Assembly (NCBI GenBank): GCA_031271175.1
Contig: JAISWE010000099.1
Span: 30,639-94,638, forward strand
DNA: 64,000 bases
Reading direction: 5' to 3'
Origin: Bacteroidales bacterium
GTDB lineage: Bacteria > Bacteroidota > Bacteroidia > Bacteroidales > UBA4181
Of the stretch, positions 9,574 through 19,667 are shown one piece after another. The position numbers and the translations under genes were made by a program. A model generated the notes under the pieces. That model saw only the letters and a program-made list of their open reading frames with translations, was not told where the DNA came from and did no database searches. Numbering within the stretch: the first letter of the stretch is position 1; every line of letters starts with the position of its first letter.

Positions 9574-10060
9574 GGAAAAGACGTTTCCTCATCTGTAGAA
9601 AGGCTATTTTTTGAAAAAAGGCGTTTTCTCATCCGTAGAAAGGCTATTTTTTGAAAAAAAGACGTTTCATCATCTGTGGGAAGGCTATTTTTTGAAAAAA
9701 GGCGTTTCCTCATCTGTAGAAAAGCTATTTTTTGAAAAAAAGACGTTTCCTCATCTGTGGGAAGGCTATTTTTTGAAAAAAAGACGTTTCATCATCTGTG
9801 GGAAGGCTATTTTTTGAAAAAAGACGTTTCCTCATCTGTAGAAAAGCTATATTTTGAAAAAAAGACGTTTCCTCATCTGTGGTAAGGCTATTTTTTGAAA
9901 AAAGGCGTTTTCTCATCTGTAGAAAAGCTATTTTTTGAAAAAAAGACGTTTCATCATCTGTGGGAAGGCTTATTTTTTGAAAAAAGGCGTTTTCTCATCT
10001 GTGGAAAGGCTTATTTTTTGAAAAAGGCATATTCATGCGTTGCAGGAAGGTTTTATTATT
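9574..10060. repeat. tandem minisatellite: 11 units of 39-42 bp plus one degenerate 12th unit
   Basis: Consensus unit is GAAAAAAAGACGTTTCCTCATCTGTGGGAAGGCTATTTTTT. I wrote out and counted 11 units totalling 446 bp (9574-10019). Two sub-variants are interspersed (GGCGTTTTCTCATC..TAGAAA vs GACGTTTCMTCATCTGTGGGAA). There are no unique spacers. Confidence 0.9.
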
Positions 10061-10099
10061 CGATGCCTCTCCATTCGTTGAGATAAAGGCCATTTTTCT

Positions 10100-10212
10100 C
10101 CTGTTTTTCTCACTTTTTTCTCACTTTTTCCTCGTTGTTTTCAGATCAGTTTAATAGCAATTAGTTTCCATAAAGTTTTTTGTTTTTTGGGTGTCCCATT
10201 GAGAGAAATAGG
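10100..10212 (+). repeat. ~100-bp direct repeat Z, copy B
   Basis: See 9475-9573. It is followed by a 31-bp segment Y (10218-10248, gaaggtgtaaaccacgccttccacgatgaat). A homologous Y segment precedes copy A at 9440-9470. Confidence 0.85.
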
Positions 10213-10399
10213 CCCCCGAAGGTGTAAACCACGCCTTCCACGATGAATCTTTTGTTGTCAAACTCCTTTCGGTCTGCATCGCGCAAGGCCATCTTTCTGG
10301 GAACTGTCACCTCCGCCGTATCGGTTAATTTTTTTCGCGATGTTTTTTTTCACTGCATGGAGATAATCCCAAGAAATTTTATATCTTTCCTCTGTTGTA

Positions 10400-10454
10400 C
10401 TGACCCGTCATCCTCGCCGGATGCGGTCTGTCGTTTATCGGTTGTAAAAATACC
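10400..10454 (+). repeat. 55-bp direct repeat X, copy B
   Basis: ctgacccgtcatcctcgccggatgcggtctgtcgtttatcggttgtaaaaatacc, compared with 9329-9383. Confidence 0.85.
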
Positions 10455-10489
10455 ATATTTGTGCTATTGCAGACATTTTTATTTCATTG

Positions 10490-10497
10490 TATTTTTG
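10490..10497 (+). promoter_or_regulatory. candidate -7 box (TAnnTTTG) upstream of metY
   Basis: TATTTTTG lies 48 nt upstream of the metY ATG. Motif match only. Confidence 0.3.
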
Positions 10498-10529
10498 CAC
10501 CGTTAAATAAATTTTACCGTCATTCATAA

Positions 10530-11840
<1,311 letters not shown>

Positions 11841-11846
11841 ACTTTT

Positions 11847-11917
11847 GAATGAAGAACGCGCTTCAACCGTGAACCTGTACATGACCACATTATGGGTTGA
11901 ATCGCGTACTTTCATTC
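11847..11917. terminator. long imperfect inverted repeat between convergent metY and pnp (candidate bidirectional terminator)
   Basis: Arms are gaatgaagaacgcgcttcaacc (11847-11868) and ggttgaatcgcgtactttcattc (11895-11917). About 20 pairs form, with 2 mismatches, 1 bulge and a 26-nt loop. No clean U-tract follows directly. Confidence 0.35.
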
Positions 11918-11964
11918 ATTAAATCCTCTTTTTCAGCGATTCCGGAAAAGGTGGCTCTTTAATA

Positions 11965-14175
11965 TCAGCGTCTTCTGTCACCGCGTCCCCGGTCGTGTCC
12001 GCGGCTACCGCCGCTACCTCCGTGACGGCGTTCTCCTCCTTCGCGCGGCGGACGTTCTTCGTAACCTTCCGGTTTGTCGGTCAATACGCGGCGCGAGAGG
12101 CGAAGTTTACCCGTTTTGGAGTCTATTTCTATCAGTTTTACATCTATTTCGTCGCCTTCGGCAAGGATGCCGTCGAGGTTTTCAAGTCGTTTCCAATCTA
12201 CTTCCGAGATGTGCAGCAATCCTTCCTTTCCGGGAAGTATTTCGACAAATGCGCCGAAAGCTACGATGGATTTTACTTTTCCGTGGTAAACTTTATCTAT
12301 TTCTGGGAGTTCGATGATGCTGTTGATCCATTTCAGTGCGGCATCGATAGCATCGCGGTTTTCGGCAAAGACATCTACAACGCCCTTGTTGTCCACTTCT
12401 TCAATCACGATAGTGGTGCCGGTTACTGCCTGAATTTCCTGAATAACTTTGCCTCCCGTACCGATGACCGCGCCGATAAATTCTTTCGGTATGGTGATCT
12501 GAACGATGCGTGGTGCGTGCGGTTTATAGTCTTCCCGCGGTTTTGCCAATGTTTCGGTGATTTTTCCAAGAATGTGCATCCGTCCTTCGTTGGCTTGCGC
12601 CAATGCTTTTGCCAGAACTTCGTATGCCAGTCCGTCCACTTTGATGTCCATTTGTGTGGCGGTGATGCCGTCGGCAGTGCCGGTTACTTTGAAGTCCATG
12701 TCGCCGAGATGGTCTTCGTCGCCGAGGATGTCGGAAAGAACGGCATATTTGCCCGGTTCGGAGATTAATCCCATGGCGATACCCGACACCGGTTTTTTCA
12801 GTTTTATTCCGGCATCCATCAGGGCCAGCGTACCTGCGCAGACGGTGGCCATGGACGAAGAGCCGTTGGATTCCAGAATATCGGAGACGACGCGCACCGC
12901 ATACGGGTTTTCTTCTCCTGTAGGGACCATTCTTTTCAAAGCGCGGAAAGCGAGGTTGCCGTGGCCTATTTCGCGGCGTGAGATACCGCGCGCCGCTTTG
13001 GCATCGCCTGTGGAAAAAGGCGGAAAATTATAGTGAAGGACAAATTTTTCGGATCCTTGTATCAGGACTTCATCCACTTGTTTTTCATCCAGTTTGGTGC
13101 CGAGTGTAACGGTAGTGAGGGATTGGGTTTCGCCGCGGGTAAACAGCGCCGATCCGTGTGCGGCAGGCAGGTAATCCACTTCGCAGGAGATGGGTCGGAT
13201 TTCAGTGGTTTTCCGTCCGTCCAGCCGGATGCCTTCATCCAGGATCATGCGGCGCATAGCCTCTTTTTCCACTGCATGGTAGTAACGCGCCACTAATGGT
13301 TTTTTTGCTTCGCGTTCTTCTTCGGGAATGGATTCCAGAAATTCGTTGACAATGGCTTCGAAAGCTTCGCTGCGTTCCTGCTTCGGCAACTGCGCTTTGG
13401 CGACGGCATAGACCTTGTCGTAAGTAGCCGCCTTCACGGACATGCGGAGGTCTTCGTCGTTTACTTCGTGGCAATAGGTGCGTTTCACGGTTTTGCCGAC
13501 CATTTCCGTCAATTCATTCTGGGCAAGACAATGTTTTTTGATTTCCTCGTGCGCAAATTGAAGGGCTTTCAGCAGATCATCTTCCGAAACCTCTTTCATT
13601 TCGCCTTCTACCATCATGATATTGTCGTATGTGGCGGCCACCATGATGTCGAGGTCGGCTTTTTCAATTTCTTCGAAGGTCGGATTGATGTGCATTTGTC
13701 CGTCGATACGGGCGACACGTACTTCCGAGATAGGCCCTCCGAAAGGGATATCGGATACCGCCAGCGCCGCCGATGCCGCCAAACCTGCCAATGCATCGGG
13801 TTTGATGTTTTTGTCGGCCGAGATAAGGTTGATGGTCACATACACTTCGGCATGGAAATCGTCGGGGAAAAGCGGTCGCAAGGCGCGGTCTACCAGCCGG
13901 GAAATTAATATTTCGTAATCGCTCGGTCGCGCTTCCCGCTTGAGGAAGCCTCCCGGAAAACGCCCCGATGCGGCGAATTTTTCTTTATATTCGACCTGAA
14001 GAGGCATGAAATCGACATCTTCCTTCGCTTCTTTTGCCGCTACTACCGTAGCCAGCAACATGGTCTTACCGTGTTTCAACAACACAGCGCCATCGGCCTG
14101 CCTGGCCAATTTCCCCGTTTCAAGTATGACGGTTTCGCCATTGCCCAACCGTATCTCTTTTTGAATAATGCTCAT
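11965..14175 (-). CDS. pnp: polyribonucleotide nucleotidyltransferase (PNPase)
   Basis: 736 aa. Two RNase PH-like halves, a KH domain ([23 protein letters not shown]), an S1 domain ([29 protein letters not shown]) and an Arg/Gly-rich tail. Confidence 0.95.
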   Translation of the reverse strand: MSIIQKEIRLGNGETVILETGKLARQADGAVLLKHGKTMLLATVVAAKEAKEDVDFMPLQVEYKEKFAASGRFPGGFLKREARPSDYEILISRLVDRALRPLFPDDFHAEVYVTINLISADKNIKPDALAGLAASAALAVSDIPFGGPISEVRVARIDGQMHINPTFEEIEKADLDIMVAATYDNIMMVEGEMKEVSEDDLLKALQFAHEEIKKHCLAQNELTEMVGKTVKRTYCHEVNDEDLRMSVKAATYDKVYAVAKAQLPKQERSEAFEAIVNEFLESIPEEEREAKKPLVARYYHAVEKEAMRRMILDEGIRLDGRKTTEIRPISCEVDYLPAAHGSALFTRGETQSLTTVTLGTKLDEKQVDEVLIQGSEKFVLHYNFPPFSTGDAKAARGISRREIGHGNLAFRALKRMVPTGEENPYAVRVVSDILESNGSSSMATVCAGTLALMDAGIKLKKPVSGIAMGLISEPGKYAVLSDILGDEDHLGDMDFKVTGTADGITATQMDIKVDGLAYEVLAKALAQANEGRMHILGKITETLAKPREDYKPHAPRIVQITIPKEFIGAVIGTGGKVIQEIQAVTGTTIVIEEVDNKGVVDVFAENRDAIDAALKWINSIIELPEIDKVYHGKVKSIVAFGAFVEILPGKEGLLHISEVDWKRLENLDGILAEGDEIDVKLIEIDSKTGKLRLSRRVLTDKPEGYEERPPREGGERRHGGSGGSRGHDRGRGDRRR

Positions 14176-14182
14176 TTGATAT

Positions 14183-14452
14183 TTATTTACGGATATTCAG
14201 CTCTTTAATGATTTCGCGATAACGGTTAATATCGATATCTTTCAGATAATCAAGCAATCTTCTCCGTTTTCCGACTAATTTCAACAATGCTTTTTGTGTA
14301 CCATAATCGTTTCTGTTTGACTTCAGGTGTTCCGTCAAATGATTGATGCGATATGAAAACAATGCGACCTGCGACTCGGACGAACCGGTATTGGTTGCAT
14401 CTTTGCCGTACCGGGCAAAGATTTCCTGCTTTTTTTCAGCGGTTAAATACAT
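14183..14452 (-). CDS. rpsO: 30S ribosomal protein S15
   Basis: 89 aa. [70 protein letters not shown]. Only 7 nt separate its stop from the pnp start. Confidence 0.95.
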   Translation of the reverse strand: MYLTAEKKQEIFARYGKDATNTGSSESQVALFSYRINHLTEHLKSNRNDYGTQKALLKLVGKRRRLLDYLKDIDINRYREIIKELNIRK

Positions 14453-14494
14453 TTTTTTTACTTTTTATATATGTTCTTACTACTTTTGGCCGCG

Positions 14495-14502
14495 CAAAGA
14501 TA
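14495..14502 (-). promoter_or_regulatory. candidate -7 box (TAnnTTTG on the minus strand) upstream of rpsO-pnp
   Basis: Plus-strand caaagata is TATCTTTG on the minus strand, 43-50 nt upstream of the rpsO ATG. Motif match only. Confidence 0.3.
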
Positions 14503-14649
14503 ATTCACTTTTTTCTGATTTAAAATTTTTTGAAAGATATTTTTTGTTTTTTGACCAAACCGACGGTAGGGACGCAGGGTCAACGCATATCAATTTTGAG
14601 AAGGTAGAAGAGGAATTCCCTGTTCCAAGCGGCTTTGAAGCATTTTAAG

Positions 14650-14679
14650 CGGAGGCTTTCCTTCCGGTATCTTTTTTTT
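14650..14679. terminator. hairpin plus T8 (plus-strand sense) immediately 3' of the minus-strand 14686 gene
   Basis: cggagg-cttt-ccttccg forms a 6-bp stem with one bulge and is followed by tatc-TTTTTTTT on the plus strand. On the minus strand it reads A8-hairpin directly after the stop codon. It may be a bidirectional terminator; the strand of action is unclear. Confidence 0.3.
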
Positions 14680-14685
14680 AAACTG

Positions 14686-17127
14686 TTAAAGGAGAATTAC
14701 TCTCACCGTTTTTTGCTTCTTTCCATCGTTTATTGTCACTAAATACACGCCCGCAGGGTAATTGCTGATGTCTATCCGTATCGTTGGTTCGGAGACCGTT
14801 TGACGTAGCAATACCTTTCCCGCCACATCGCTGAGGGTAATGTGACGTTCGCCTGCCGTTTCAAAATCCAGCGTAAGCATACCTTCTGTGGGGTTGGGAT
14901 ATATGCGGGCAATCGGCGTATCGGATATCTTGACGCCGGTTGTCGTGTTGGTCACCGTTACGGCGCAGGCAGCGCTTAGTTTGCCGACTTGCGCGGTTGC
15001 GGTGATAGTGGCTGCGCCTGCCGCTACCGCTGTTACGGTGCCGTCGTCGCTTACCGTTGCTACGTTTTCGTTATCGCTCATCCATGAGACAGTTTTGTTC
15101 TCTGCATCTTCCGGCTCAACTGTTGCCGTAAGCGTTTCGGAGCTTCCGACAGTCAGGTACAGCGTCTCCGGATCCACTGTTACTCCGGTTACATGGGTAA
15201 TGATTCCATTCACATTGAGCCATCCATTCGGTTGATTCACATTAACATTGTTGAGTCCGTCCGCCATCACGTCCGTCCCATCATCCTGATTCAAAAGCAC
15301 TAAGGCAATTTTAACAAGAGAACCGTATGCTTGAATTGTCGAACGGGGAACAGCAATCTCGGCTATATATCCCTCGTCGCTGTCGCCTGAATTGGAAACG
15401 GTACCGAATAGAAGCGACTCGGATTGAATTTCAGGTATTTCGGAATTTACCCAATTTCCTACCGCATAACGGGAGATCTGCTGCACGCCTTCCGCACCGA
15501 TTTTCAGCCGTAAAGAGGAACTGTTCAATAGCTCAGCGCCGGTATGCAGATACACGTCCAACACATCCGAAGGCAGCAGATCATCATCCAGCCGTTCTAC
15601 CAAAAGATACAGATTATCATCATCATACGTCATTCGTACTGCCGCCTGCGCCTGTGAGTCACTGCCCACAAAAAAGGCGTCGGTGTTATTGCTCCAGTCA
15701 TTATTATTTCCGTCAATCGTTGGAGTGCTGCGTGCAGGGAAAATCGTATGGTTGAGTTGCATTTTACCGATGAGGATGTGCCGGGTATTGGTGGTGATTT
15801 GTCCGGTTGTAATTGTTCCTATCATTGTGTGTGAGCCGTCCGGTTCCAGCGCCCCCCAATAACCATCATAGCGAAAAGGGAGATATGGTACTGCAAATGT
15901 GCGGGCTTCGGCGTTCCCTAAACGAATGCTATATTTATTATTGGCACTATAGGAAATAACGGTTTCTCCCGAAGGGAACTGTTTCAAATATGGTCCGCTG
16001 CCCGACCATAAACTTTTTTGCTTGTCCTCAGGTCCCTCTTCAATGGTGTTATATACCGAGTTAGGGCTAAGATAATGTGCCCAGTTGTCGTCCGAATAGG
16101 CTATAGAGATGGTGTATCCTGCATCATTAGCATTTTGATCTTCCAAGGCAAGCGCGATGGTGTTGGAATTATTCAGCAGCACGGCACAGGGCATTTGGTG
16201 GGTATATCTATTAACGTTGTTTTCTGTTTTGTTATATCTCTGGGCAACCACGTATCCGTAAAATTCATTTTCGGGCAAATGAGATACCCACGTTTCTCCA
16301 TTATCGGTAGAACGGAGGATTGCCGTACCTGATGATCTCACCACAGCGTCGCCTATAATCCCTTGATCAAACTGCATTTGGTTGTTTGTACTCGAATGCG
16401 TGAAATACACCTGGATTTCGCCCGACGGAAGTTGAAGGATTTGAGGTTCCCAGTTGGAACCTCTGAAAATCACCTTTTCTTCTCCCCAGCTTTGGCCGTT
16501 GTCAGTGCTTATACGCATGGCGATACCGTTGCCGTCATTCGTATTATACATATTACTATTTGCACGAAAAGACGCCACAGCCATCAGGTATCCGTTTTGA
16601 AGCACCAGCGCATCGCCATTATTATACACTCTCCTGTCCGTCCTGTTCTCTCCTTGTACCGTAACAGTAATATTGGGGATCGGTGTAAAAACCTCCTTCG
16701 GCGTTTCCCAATCTTTGAGATTTGGGCTGATGGAATATAAAATATTTGAGCCGACGTCATTGATGTGCCAAAACATAATATACTTGTCGTTCGGCAACTT
16801 CTTAATCCGTGAGTAGGTGGGTTTAAGATTTGAATTAAAAGGGCTGATGAGCTGTATCTCATGATATTCGCGGTAATTGAGTTCCAAAAGTTTTGCGCCC
16901 GTGTCATATTCATGGGAATTGATTACAGGCTCATCGGTGTTAAGATTCCCGATCGCGGTTATTTGCGCTTGCAGATTTCCTGCTGCCAATAATGCCATAC
17001 ATGCTATGGCCAAAAAGTGTCCTCTACTTGTGTGGCTTTTCGTACTCTGCCCGTTTTTTGAAATGGTATCCGCTTCCATTGCCCCGCCATGATTGGCGAC
17101 TGCTGCTTTGACCTTTAACATATTCAT
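14686..17127 (-). CDS. BNR/Asp-box (sialidase-superfamily-like) glycosidase candidate with CBM9/DOMON-like and Big_2 domains and a type A T9SS C-terminal sorting domain
   Basis: Asp-boxes STDNGQSWG and STDNGETW. TIDGNNNDWSN...YDDDNLYLLVE (CBM9-like). VTGVTVDPETLYLTVGSSETLTATVEPEDAENKTVSWMS (Big_2). C-terminus IYPNPTEGMLTLDF...AGVYLVTINDGKKQKTVRVILL (T9SS CTD). ATGA overlap with the upstream gene. Confidence 0.8.
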   Translation of the reverse strand: MNMLKVKAAVANHGGAMEADTISKNGQSTKSHTSRGHFLAIACMALLAAGNLQAQITAIGNLNTDEPVINSHEYDTGAKLLELNYREYHEIQLISPFNSNLKPTYSRIKKLPNDKYIMFWHINDVGSNILYSISPNLKDWETPKEVFTPIPNITVTVQGENRTDRRVYNNGDALVLQNGYLMAVASFRANSNMYNTNDGNGIAMRISTDNGQSWGEEKVIFRGSNWEPQILQLPSGEIQVYFTHSSTNNQMQFDQGIIGDAVVRSSGTAILRSTDNGETWVSHLPENEFYGYVVAQRYNKTENNVNRYTHQMPCAVLLNNSNTIALALEDQNANDAGYTISIAYSDDNWAHYLSPNSVYNTIEEGPEDKQKSLWSGSGPYLKQFPSGETVISYSANNKYSIRLGNAEARTFAVPYLPFRYDGYWGALEPDGSHTMIGTITTGQITTNTRHILIGKMQLNHTIFPARSTPTIDGNNNDWSNNTDAFFVGSDSQAQAAVRMTYDDDNLYLLVERLDDDLLPSDVLDVYLHTGAELLNSSSLRLKIGAEGVQQISRYAVGNWVNSEIPEIQSESLLFGTVSNSGDSDEGYIAEIAVPRSTIQAYGSLVKIALVLLNQDDGTDVMADGLNNVNVNQPNGWLNVNGIITHVTGVTVDPETLYLTVGSSETLTATVEPEDAENKTVSWMSDNENVATVSDDGTVTAVAAGAATITATAQVGKLSAACAVTVTNTTTGVKISDTPIARIYPNPTEGMLTLDFETAGERHITLSDVAGKVLLRQTVSEPTIRIDISNYPAGVYLVTINDGKKQKTVRVILL

Positions 17128-19580
17128 ATCATTATTTTTTTAAATATTTCCCAACAAAAATTAGATGGCATCGTAGAAATAATCTTTGTAGTTTGACAGT
17201 CATTTAACCATTGATTATATCCGTCGTAATCGTTCATCGACGGATGAACGATTACGGTCGGAGCCACCAGATAAGTATCTGTAATCCTGTTTACTTCGGA
17301 TATTTCTGGGTTTTCGGAGGTTTGGTATATATCATATTCACAGGTTGTTTTTCCGGTATATTCTACGGGAAAGTTGACACCCCATCCATTGTTATAAATC
17401 ATGGATTGAAGGAGGTTGGAGTTGGATGGTTCACTGATGTCTCCGCCCAAAAAAAACATTTGTTTTCCCAATTCGAATACGGGCGATGTTTTTGACGCCC
17501 AAACTCTGGTTCCGTCCTGCGAAGAAAATTTGACCCAGGCATCAGTTACAAAGAAAGATTTGCAGGTATTGGGAATATGATCCTTATATGGAACGTATTC
17601 CATTCCGCCGTTAGTGGCAGTGACACGCCTTTCCGTATCCGGAAAGGGAAATTCGGCATAGATTACTTCGGCCTCACGCTCAGAATGTGGGATACGGTCA
17701 AAAATGATTTTAACGTTTACCCGCTGTTCCCCCGTATAAACGGTGAGTATGCGTTCCGCGCTCAGTAATCGTTGATTGTCTAATTTTTGGCTGTACGTTA
17801 TGGTATAAGGCGTTTCCCCGATCCGGGTCATTTCGTTCGGTACGGACGGATAGTCGCCGGGAACGGCTGTCGCTCCCCACCAGCCACCGGCAATAAACCT
17901 GCTGACATGCAATACCGGAGCTTCCCCGTCCAAAAGGGGACGATCCGTTGCTTTCCAGCGGATGCTTACCGGCCAGCCGGAAGCATTGACGCTTATGATC
18001 GGCTTCCCTTGCGATGCTTCGACGTCGGGGTCATCGGCAGAAGCAAGATAACGCCTGAAAGTTTCACCGGGTAGCCGGTCTATCCAAAAATAAACGTCAT
18101 TGTCTTTTGCGTACAGTTTTGTTTTTGTTCCGGAGGACGGATCTATGAGGGATTGGGGATTTTTTACTTTCCGAATACTTGCTTTTTCCAGTTTGCACCA
18201 GCCGGAATATTCCGTTTTTTGCGTATTTATCACATAAATACCCTCCGGTTTGCCGTTCATTACTGCCCGTGCGCGTTGGGCAAGCAACCATCGGGCATAT
18301 TCGTGCGCCTTATAGGCATATCGGAACGTTTCATTCATGGTTCCCTGGTTTTGGATGCCATAAATATCCTTACCGGAGGTGTTGGCGGCAAAAGTATGTT
18401 CATAATAAGTACAAATATCGCGTTCGATCTCATCTGTCCGTTGAATTTGTTTCTCCGTCATCCTGTTAAAAACGGGTGATTGGGCAGCTTGAAGCGAATA
18501 ACGGGCATTGCGCGCCGTAGCTGTTTCGCGAGGCATGGCCGTCATGCCGAAAGCCCACCAGTCGCCAAATTCGCCTTCAACTGTCGAAGCGGTCGCGCCG
18601 GCAATCCGTTCCATATCCATGATGGATGCGGTAGCTGTTGTAAGACGAAGGGCTGGTTGAAGACCCAATTCATTCCATTTCCCGACAAATGCAACAATGG
18701 CAGGATATGGCCCGTCATTATCGCAACGCCATTGGTTCGAAAATGTTAGCGGTAGCACTTCGTAAGCATATCCTTTATTTTCCAATTCTTTAAGCTTTTG
18801 TACGCATATTTCGTGCGCTTTTCTTACCGACGCTTCGTCGGATTTGAAAAAATGACCGTCTCTCGGCCATCCGGTTTCGAGGTTGGTCGCTTCGTGTTGG
18901 TTCCTTCTCCAGCGTTGCGAATGGAAATAATCATAGCCTGCCCAATACGAGACGCCGTTCCACAGGAACAACCTGCGTCCGTCCGGCATTTTCCACCAGC
19001 TGGCCGTGGGTATGCCGAAAGGATGACGGCCATTCATTCCCATCCAGATATGCCTGACGCCTTTTTCGGCAAGTTTGCTGGCGACGGATCGGGGAAAACC
19101 GTTGACGTCATTTTGTATGGCAATGCGCGGATACACCTGAGAGGAAACTTCGGAAGGAATCCATGCAATGAGTTTTTGTACTTCAACCTCATTCAGCATG
19201 GGATGAATATTGAACGGCATGATATTGACGTCTATCTGTCCGCGGAGAATACATTTCAGCATTTTTTCCCGTCGGTCGGGCGTAGTTTCCTTCCACCACT
19301 TCCAAAACGGATCGAGCGCTTCCACCGTCCACGTAAAACGTTCGCCCTGCCTGTTCTTTTGGGTTTGTTCGGCGCAATCCAGCGCAATATCAATGTATCG
19401 CTTGTGGAGTTCAGCCACTATCAGCGGATGGTCGGTATAGCCGTAATCGGTATGCGTCCAGTTGATCAGGTCGATGGTTTTGATGACATTGCGAAAGGTG
19501 TCTGCTTGCGCTGCACCGGAACATACAAGCGACAGGAAGAGGATACCGACTATATTTCGATTACGTCTTACTGTTATCAT
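17124..19580 (-). CDS. glycoside hydrolase family 38-like protein (putative alpha-mannosidase-type N-terminal domain)
   Basis: INWTHTDYGYTD (compare H-x-D-x-G-W of GH38), FTWTVEALDPFWKWWKETTPDRREKMLKCILRGQIDV and IQNDVNGFPRS (compare D-x-FG) follow the GH38 N-domain order. I chose the start at M19 (MITVRRNRNIVGILFLSLVCSGAAQA signal). The family assignment is tentative. Confidence 0.5.
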   Translation of the reverse strand: MITVRRNRNIVGILFLSLVCSGAAQADTFRNVIKTIDLINWTHTDYGYTDHPLIVAELHKRYIDIALDCAEQTQKNRQGERFTWTVEALDPFWKWWKETTPDRREKMLKCILRGQIDVNIMPFNIHPMLNEVEVQKLIAWIPSEVSSQVYPRIAIQNDVNGFPRSVASKLAEKGVRHIWMGMNGRHPFGIPTASWWKMPDGRRLFLWNGVSYWAGYDYFHSQRWRRNQHEATNLETGWPRDGHFFKSDEASVRKAHEICVQKLKELENKGYAYEVLPLTFSNQWRCDNDGPYPAIVAFVGKWNELGLQPALRLTTATASIMDMERIAGATASTVEGEFGDWWAFGMTAMPRETATARNARYSLQAAQSPVFNRMTEKQIQRTDEIERDICTYYEHTFAANTSGKDIYGIQNQGTMNETFRYAYKAHEYARWLLAQRARAVMNGKPEGIYVINTQKTEYSGWCKLEKASIRKVKNPQSLIDPSSGTKTKLYAKDNDVYFWIDRLPGETFRRYLASADDPDVEASQGKPIISVNASGWPVSIRWKATDRPLLDGEAPVLHVSRFIAGGWWGATAVPGDYPSVPNEMTRIGETPYTITYSQKLDNQRLLSAERILTVYTGEQRVNVKIIFDRIPHSEREAEVIYAEFPFPDTERRVTATNGGMEYVPYKDHIPNTCKSFFVTDAWVKFSSQDGTRVWASKTSPVFELGKQMFFLGGDISEPSNSNLLQSMIYNNGWGVNFPVEYTGKTTCEYDIYQTSENPEISEVNRITDTYLVAPTVIVHPSMNDYDGYNQWLNDCQTTKIISTMPSNFCWEIFKKIMI

Positions 19581-19667
19581 CTTAAAGCATCGATGTTTCT
19601 TCTTTTTCCTCATGATATCGATCATCAATAACACCTTTTTTTATAAACGTAATATTTTTACAGGTAT

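Noticed and set aside
9574-10060. Possible CRISPR array
   Set aside because: The units abut each other with no unique spacers, the unit is AT-rich with homopolymer tracts, and no cas genes or leader are present. It is a plain tandem repeat.
9516-10086. ORFs of 63-68 aa on both strands inside the tandem array (9516-9713, 9611-9817, 9725-9916, 9895-10086)
   Set aside because: They translate the repeat itself (FFEKKTF.HLWEGYF...). Variable unit length breaks every frame after 1.5-5 units, and both strands give equivalent ORFs. These are artefacts.
10243-10506. 87-aa plus-strand ORF upstream of metY
   Set aside because: It is low-complexity and Cys/Phe-rich, overlaps repeat segment X and the putative metY promoter, and matches no recognisable family.
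11995-12768. 257-aa plus-strand ORF and other ORFs antisense to pnp
   Set aside because: They are shadow ORFs opposite a canonical PNPase gene.
14453-14685. Plus-strand small RNA ending at the hairpin+T8 (14650-14679)
   Set aside because: The terminator-like shape is real, but I found no plus-strand TAnnTTTG promoter in the gap. The structure sits directly after a minus-strand stop codon, so a bidirectional or minus-strand role is the simpler reading. I kept it as a low-confidence feature only.
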